From NCBI GenBank assembly GCA_903946925.1, contig CAJAXK010000053.1, positions 5,558 through 69,557 on the forward strand: a DNA stretch of 64,000 nt. The letters are read 5' to 3'. The notes under the pieces were generated by a model. That model saw nothing but the letters and a program-made list of their open reading frames with translations, had not been told where the DNA came from and made no database searches. Positions 59,040-64,000 of the stretch are shown here, one piece after another; within the stretch, counting starts at the first letter, position 1; every line of letters begins with the position of its first letter. A program made the position numbers and the translations under genes. This DNA is from an uncultured Bacteroidales bacterium. Lineage in GTDB: Bacteria > Bacteroidota > Bacteroidia > Bacteroidales > UBA4417.

Positions 59040-61484
59040 TCACATCTTAACAACCACCCCTGCCATAAAATTAACCCCAGCCTGCGGGAAATAACCATCC
59101 AGTTTTTGATACACATCCCCCAAAGAATACCTGTAAACCCAGGCGTTGGATTCGTATCTTTCGTTAAAAATATTGTTTGCCATTAGCGAAATGGAAATTT
59201 CTTTAACAAATGTCGGGTTTAAAGTATAGCTAATCAGTACGTTGTTTACGAAATAAGCATCCAATTGGCGGTCGGTGCTTTGGGTATTATCAATAAACTG
59301 GCGGCCAACATATTTACTGATCAGGCTTAGTTTCAAACCTTTTAATGCTTGCCAGTTTAACGAGCTGCTTGCAACGGTTGAGGGCGAAAAGGATAGGTCG
59401 GTATTGGAATGTTCAACAGCAATTTGTCCCCAGGTATCCCAATTATCAATGTATTCGGTAAAAGATTTTATTTTGTTGCGGCTTAGGGTTATGGTGGGTT
59501 CCCAAGTGATGTTTTTGCTGAAAACGGCTTTTCCCGAAATTTCGATCCCTGCCCGGTAACTCGACGGCACGTTGACCATTACCGCCGCCCCAACATCGTT
59601 TATGGCACCGGTTAGCACTAATTGATCCTTATAGTTCATGTAGTATATATTGACACTGACCGAAAACAAAGTGGAACTGTATGCGTATCCAGCTTCAGCA
59701 TCATAAAGCGTTTCGGGTTGTGGCAGTGGTTGGGCAGGGTTGGCATCAACAAAATTATCGCGGTTGGGTTCGCGCTTTGCCTGCGAAAAGGAAGCATACA
59801 TTTTTTGCGCTGTACTTATTTTGTACGAAACCCCGGCTTTCGGGTTGAAGAAATTGTATGTATGCTTTTGGGTAATATCTCGTAGGTCGTCATCATTCCC
59901 ATCCATGGAATAATAAATCTCCCTGTATTGCAGGTCGAGCCATGCGCCGAGTTTATCAGTAACTGCATATTCCGTTTTCATAAAGATATTGAAATCGTTC
60001 TTGCGGGCATCGTTGTTGTACCACTCGTGGTTGATTTGGCTGTTAGTGGCAAATTGCGACCAGATTACTTTGCCAAAATGACCGCCGTTGTATGTATTCC
60101 ACGAACCACCAAGGGAGGATTGCAGTTTTTCGGTCTGATAGTTCAACGACCAGGTAAGCCCTGTAAAGGTATTGGCAAGGTGTTTCTGCCTGATGATATC
60201 CGAAATGGTAATCAAGCTGTCGGGCACAAAAACCGTGTCGTTTTCTATTGTATAGTAATTGGAGTTGATACGGATTGGCGCAATGTTATAATCTGCAAGG
60301 TCTTCGCTTTCCTTGTATTGTTCGTAGTAACCTTCCCCTTTGGTATGGTGCAATGCGGCATTCAGGAACAGGTTTTCGTTTATTTTATGCGAAAACAAGG
60401 CCTGATAATGTGTTTGGGTGTAGTTGTCGGTTTGGTTGTCGTAATATTGTTGATTGCCATTGTTATCCACGTAACTTCCCATGCCATTGTAGGTGCGGTC
60501 GGTTTCCAGCAATTCGGAAGGCACTCCGCCCCATGCCTGGTAGGTTTTTTCGATCCCCGAAAACACATTTAACCTCAACAGGTTTTTGCCCGAAGTGTAG
60601 GCGCCCGAAATATAATACGAAAGAAGCTCGGAGGAAGCACGGGCGATATACCCATCGGACGAAAGTTTCGAGATGCGGGCATCCATGCTGAACTGTTTAT
60701 TGAACAACCCGGTTCCAAACGAAATGCTGTTTTTCAATGTGTTGAATGTGCCGTAATTGCTGCTGAGTTCGGCATAAGGTTCTGTTTTTAAGTGCGTGGA
60801 TTGCAGGTTTATGCTTGCGCCAAATGCCGAAGCCCCATTGGTGGAAGTGCCAACACCACGCTGTATCTGCACATTATCGGTGGAAGTGGCGAAGTCGGGC
60901 AAATCAACCCAATACACATTGTGCGATTCGGGGTCGTTGAGCGGTATGCCGTTAATGGTTACGTTTATCCTGGTCATATCCGTGCCGCGTATCCTCAGAG
61001 CCGAATATCCCATCCCGTTTCCGGCATCGGAGGTTGAAACTGCCGAAATGCTGTTTCCCAGCAGCATGGGCAAATCCTGCCCGAAATTTGTGGAAGCTAT
61101 TTCTTTCTTATCAATGTTTTGGTGTGCTACCGGGGTATTGTTTCCGGCGCGTGTGGCATGTACAATTATCTCGTCGATAAGTATGGCCGAAGGTTGCAGG
61201 GTAAGGCTAAGGTTAAGGTTTTTATCTAATTTAATCAAAGTGGTGTCGTTGGCAAACCCCAGGTAACTAACAACCAATTTATACGAAGCAGGTTTGAGGT
61301 TGCTGAAGGTGAAGTTGCCGTTGTTGTCGGCTACCGTGGACTGTAAATTTCCCAGCAACACGAGGGTGGCTCCGGGCAAGGTTTGGTTGGTTTGGCGGTT
61401 AACAACCTGGCCTGTGATTTTAAATTGGGCAAACCCCCAAAATGGCAAGAGCAGCAGCAGGGCCGGAACAATCAATCTTTTCAT
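59040..61484 (-). CDS. TonB-dependent outer-membrane receptor with CarboxypepD_reg-like N-terminal domain
   Basis: Start at the ATG at 61484 (MKRLIVPALLLLLPFWGFAQ). FKITGQVVNRQTNQTLPGATLVLLG; plug region ALRIRGTD..RINVTINGIPLND; long beta-barrel. Confidence 0.85.
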   Translation of the reverse strand: MKRLIVPALLLLLPFWGFAQFKITGQVVNRQTNQTLPGATLVLLGNLQSTVADNNGNFTFSNLKPASYKLVVSYLGFANDTTLIKLDKNLNLSLTLQPSAILIDEIIVHATRAGNNTPVAHQNIDKKEIASTNFGQDLPMLLGNSISAVSTSDAGNGMGYSALRIRGTDMTRINVTINGIPLNDPESHNVYWVDLPDFATSTDNVQIQRGVGTSTNGASAFGASINLQSTHLKTEPYAELSSNYGTFNTLKNSISFGTGLFNKQFSMDARISKLSSDGYIARASSELLSYYISGAYTSGKNLLRLNVFSGIEKTYQAWGGVPSELLETDRTYNGMGSYVDNNGNQQYYDNQTDNYTQTHYQALFSHKINENLFLNAALHHTKGEGYYEQYKESEDLADYNIAPIRINSNYYTIENDTVFVPDSLITISDIIRQKHLANTFTGLTWSLNYQTEKLQSSLGGSWNTYNGGHFGKVIWSQFATNSQINHEWYNNDARKNDFNIFMKTEYAVTDKLGAWLDLQYREIYYSMDGNDDDLRDITQKHTYNFFNPKAGVSYKISTAQKMYASFSQAKREPNRDNFVDANPAQPLPQPETLYDAEAGYAYSSTLFSVSVNIYYMNYKDQLVLTGAINDVGAAVMVNVPSSYRAGIEISGKAVFSKNITWEPTITLSRNKIKSFTEYIDNWDTWGQIAVEHSNTDLSFSPSTVASSSLNWQALKGLKLSLISKYVGRQFIDNTQSTDRQLDAYFVNNVLISYTLNPTFVKEISISLMANNIFNERYESNAWVYRYSLGDVYQKLDGYFPQAGVNFMAGVVVKM

Positions 61485-61549
61485 TTCAATTTTTGTTTTT
61501 TGATATTTGTTAAACTTCAAATGGAGAACAGGGAAAATCCATTCATTTA

Positions 61550-61640
61550 AAGTTTGTCCATCCCTTCGCCGGCATTACCCGTATCAGGTTCAATGGGTTT
61601 GATCTCAGCCCGTATGTTTGGGGCACCCCTATTTTGCGAT
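61550..61640 (-). promoter_or_regulatory. TPP (THI-box) riboswitch
   Basis: The minus strand reads AGGGGTGCCCCAAACATACGGGCTGAGATCAAACCCATTGAACCTGATACGGGTAATGCCGGCGAAGGGATGG. This contains the conserved GGGGTGC, GCTGAGA, ACCC..TGAACCTGAT and TAATGCCGGCGnAGGGA blocks. Confidence 0.85.
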
Positions 61641-61643
61641 GTG

Positions 61644-61651
61644 CAAAAGTA
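61644..61651 (-). promoter_or_regulatory. Candidate -7 box TACTTTTG driving the riboswitch and receptor transcript
   Basis: The plus strand reads caaaagta, just upstream (minus sense) of the riboswitch 5' end. Confidence 0.45.
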
Positions 61652-61759
61652 AGGCAATAATTTTTATATCGGCATTAAAAAATAGGTGGTAATTATTCGA
61701 AAACTTATTTGGCTTCCGGCACTTGGCACTCGGAACCCGGCACTCGGAACCTAACAAAA

Positions 61760-62085
61760 CACATATACATCGAACAACAACACATTTACATCGAACAACA
61801 AGACATTGACAATGACAAACAGTCAGTTGACATCGAACAACAAGACATTGACAGCGACAAACAGTCAGTTGACAATGAACAACAAGATATTTACAATGAC
61901 AAACAGTCAGTTGACATCGAACAACAACACATTGACAATGACAAACAGTCAGTTGACATCGAACAACAACACGTTGACAATGACAAACAGTCAGTTGACA
62001 TCGAACAACAGCACATTGACAACGACAAGTAGTCTGTTGATATTGAAAAGGAACACATTGACAATAGATAGGAACACATTGACAG
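61760..62085. repeat. 42-bp tandem repeat (about 6 good units plus degenerate tail)
   Basis: GACAAACAGTCAGTTGACA recurs at 61814, 61856, 61898, 61940 and 61982 (spacing exactly 42). Unit: ACATCGAACAACAASACATTGACAATGACAAACAGTCAGTTG. Confidence 0.9.
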
Positions 62086-62432
62086 CAAAAAGAAGGGTTG
62101 TGGGTTTAAAACAAAAAGAAAGCAATTTTTAATTTGCAACTTTGGTAAAACTTACTTTACCGAAGTTTTTACATCCCGCATCCCGGCAATATATTTTTGC
62201 CTTTTTAATCAGCAGCCAACCCGTTTATGTATACCTTTGGTTCGCTTTTAAACTTCAGCAACCTGTAAGGAAATAAATAAGCCGATTGTACCCATTTGTA
62301 AGTGTTTATAAATGATTATTGATGTTGAATAATTATCAGAATGTATGGAACTGAAATATTGCAATGCACTGAATATCTGATACAAATGGAATACCACAGT
62401 TACAACTATTGTTGAAATGAACATGGCTGGTT

Positions 62433-63488
62433 GTGGTTACAGGGATGTTAGCTGTAATTTTAAAAAAAACGACAAAAATATTGGCTTCAAACAGAATAAC
62501 TAAGATAAAAAGAAAACCAGCAGGTTTTAGCTTGAAACCAATTGCTGTAATTTTAGGTGTAGTTGGGCTTGCACTGACAATTTACATTGGTTATAGAACT
62601 TCAATAAGCGACAGAAAGTTATTTTCAGTTAGCCTACTAGCTTTATTTGCAGGACTTCTTTTTGAGAGTTTTCGAGTTTCAGACAAATGGAAAAATGTTA
62701 TATATATATTTGTTGGAGCTTATTTTTTTAGCTTGTTAAACTTCTTTCCAGGCAAACATGAGAAGATTTATAACTTTGAAAACCATATAGAAACTTGGCC
62801 ATATTTTTTTATCATCTTTTTCACATTAGTATTCGCAATAATAAATAAGGACAAAGTAACAGCAAAATTAAGCGAAGGAATTACACTTCTTTTGTCACTA
62901 TCGCTAATTTATTGGACTATTGACTACGGTTTTACAAACTATCAGAATTGGTTTGCTATTACCATACTAACGATTATTTTTATTCTATCAGCATTTTCAA
63001 TTTTAAACGCACTAACAAACATACAACTTTCAAGAACTACGAGATTAATTTTGAGTGTTTGGAGTACAATAATTATGTTTGCTTTTGCAACCGACAACAT
63101 TATAGCGGTATTTAGTAATCAAGACATTGAAAGTTCAAAATATCTTTCACAAGGACTCTATATCGGACTTCAATATTTTTTCTTAGGCATTTCTGCTGTT
63201 TACATAATGCAGAACTATATGCTTTTAGTTGCATTTCTTCCAGACAAAAGTGGTAATTATTTAAACGACCTTAAAGAAAATAAGAAAGATCATATAGCCA
63301 GATATTCAGACAAACAAGTTTTTATTGGAAATTCATTGTTTTGTATCTTATATGCAGGTTTAATATATGGTCTGAATTATAAATATCAAGTGTTGCCGAG
63401 AAATACAATGATTTGGTTTGTGTTTTTGACATTTCCTTTAATTTTACAATTAATAGATTTAATCAATGGAAGAAAAAACTACAGCTAA
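62433..63488 (+). CDS. Hypothetical polytopic membrane protein (AT-rich gene)
   Basis: 351-aa ORF with about 9 hydrophobic segments. The track start at 62433 is GTG; the first ATG is at 62445. No family recognised. Confidence 0.5.
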   Translation: MVTGMLAVILKKTTKILASNRITKIKRKPAGFSLKPIAVILGVVGLALTIYIGYRTSISDRKLFSVSLLALFAGLLFESFRVSDKWKNVIYIFVGAYFFSLLNFFPGKHEKIYNFENHIETWPYFFIIFFTLVFAIINKDKVTAKLSEGITLLLSLSLIYWTIDYGFTNYQNWFAITILTIIFILSAFSILNALTNIQLSRTTRLILSVWSTIIMFAFATDNIIAVFSNQDIESSKYLSQGLYIGLQYFFLGISAVYIMQNYMLLVAFLPDKSGNYLNDLKENKKDHIARYSDKQVFIGNSLFCILYAGLIYGLNYKYQVLPRNTMIWFVFLTFPLILQLIDLINGRKNYS

Positions 63489-63719
63489 TAAATAGGAATA
63501 TGGGCGGCACGCAGTGCCCAGCGATTATTCCCGGTTGAACTACATTAACAGCATGGCTATGTGTTTCAGTCAATTTGAGGTTTTAAAGTCTCGTATCCTG
63601 CGCACCTATTCGAGTTATTTGACAGTTATATTCTAGTCAATCAGCGACTTGTAATAGCCTTAGAATGTGAGCAACCATGCTGTTAGAAATAATGAGTTCC
63701 CAAATCGAGAATTGTTGTT

Positions 63720-63727
63720 TATCTTTG
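63720..63727 (+). promoter_or_regulatory. Candidate -7 box TATCTTTG upstream of higB
   Basis: Matches TAnnTTTG 19 nt upstream of the ATG at 63746. Confidence 0.35.
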
Positions 63728-63745
63728 CATCATCAATTTGTTGCT

Positions 63746-64000
63746 ATGGAGAGGATATTTGCAAAAAGCACTTTGAGGAATTTTTGGGAATTATATCCTG
63801 ACTCGGAACAATATTTGAAAACCTAGTTTGATACAGCCATGAGTTCTAACTGGAAGACTCCTAATGAAGTTAAACAAACTTATATTAACGCAAGTATTTT
63901 AAAAGACAGCAGAATTGTTTTTAACATTAAAGGCAATTCGTATCGCCTGGTTGCGAAATTCAACTATGAGAAACAATGGATATTTATCCGATTTATTGGA
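63746..64000 (+). pseudogene. higB: HigB-family type II toxin gene interrupted by an in-frame TAG; 3' end beyond the window
   Basis: MERIFAKSTLRNFWELYPDSEQYLKT*FDTAMSSNWKTPNEVKQTYINASILKDSRIVFNIKGNSYRLVAKFNYEKQWIFIRFIG. Collinear with the HigB_toxin pattern (..LKxWY....W..P..V...Y..ASIL...RVVFNI.GN.YRL......., ..IRFIGTH). The stop (63824-63826) sits where the family has a conserved Trp. Confidence 0.75.

Noticed and set aside
61709-62139. ORFs 61709-62032, 61806-62132 (plus) and 61891-62139 (minus) with 14-aa repeats
   Set aside because: All three are opened by the 42-bp tandem repeat. Two plus-strand frames and a minus-strand frame are simultaneously open. There is no signal or start context and the composition is extremely biased. 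They are treated as non-coding repeats, though translation is not strictly excluded.

Overview
This is a Bacteroidota-type chromosomal segment. The evidence is TAnnTTTG -7 boxes ahead of many genes, two proteins with T9SS C-terminal sorting domains, and an 11-gene nuo operon lacking nuoEFG. Most of the window is housekeeping: valS, lysC-lysA, rpsF-rpsR-rplI, rpsT, tRNA-Glu(UUC), smpB, radC, wecB, a TrmH-family methyltransferase and nuoABCDHIJKLMN, plus peptidases, transporters and outer-membrane proteins. Stand-outs: (1) An orphan two-module NRPS (2467 aa) has the order A-T-C-[formyltransferase-like]-[about 250 aa unassigned]-A-T-TE, and its stop is 1 nt from the start of an Sfp-type PPTase. 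(2) Many intergenic spacers, including five inside the nuo operon, are filled by degenerate tandem arrays with 7/8/14/16-bp periods. These fall into a few recurring word families found in both orientations, alongside larger dispersed composite repeats. (3) A TPP riboswitch precedes a TonB-dependent receptor. (4) A 42-bp tandem repeat array has palindromic cores. (5) A higB toxin gene is interrupted by TGG>TAG at the window end, next to an AT-rich membrane-protein gene. (6) An AT-rich gene encodes a protein combining RpoA-CTD-like, sigma-70 region-4-like and HARE-HTH-like segments. (7) A 1623-aa T9SS cargo protein has a papain-like head. All calls come from reading the sequence and ORF translations by eye. 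No database search, HMM or folding program was run, so family names rest on remembered motifs.
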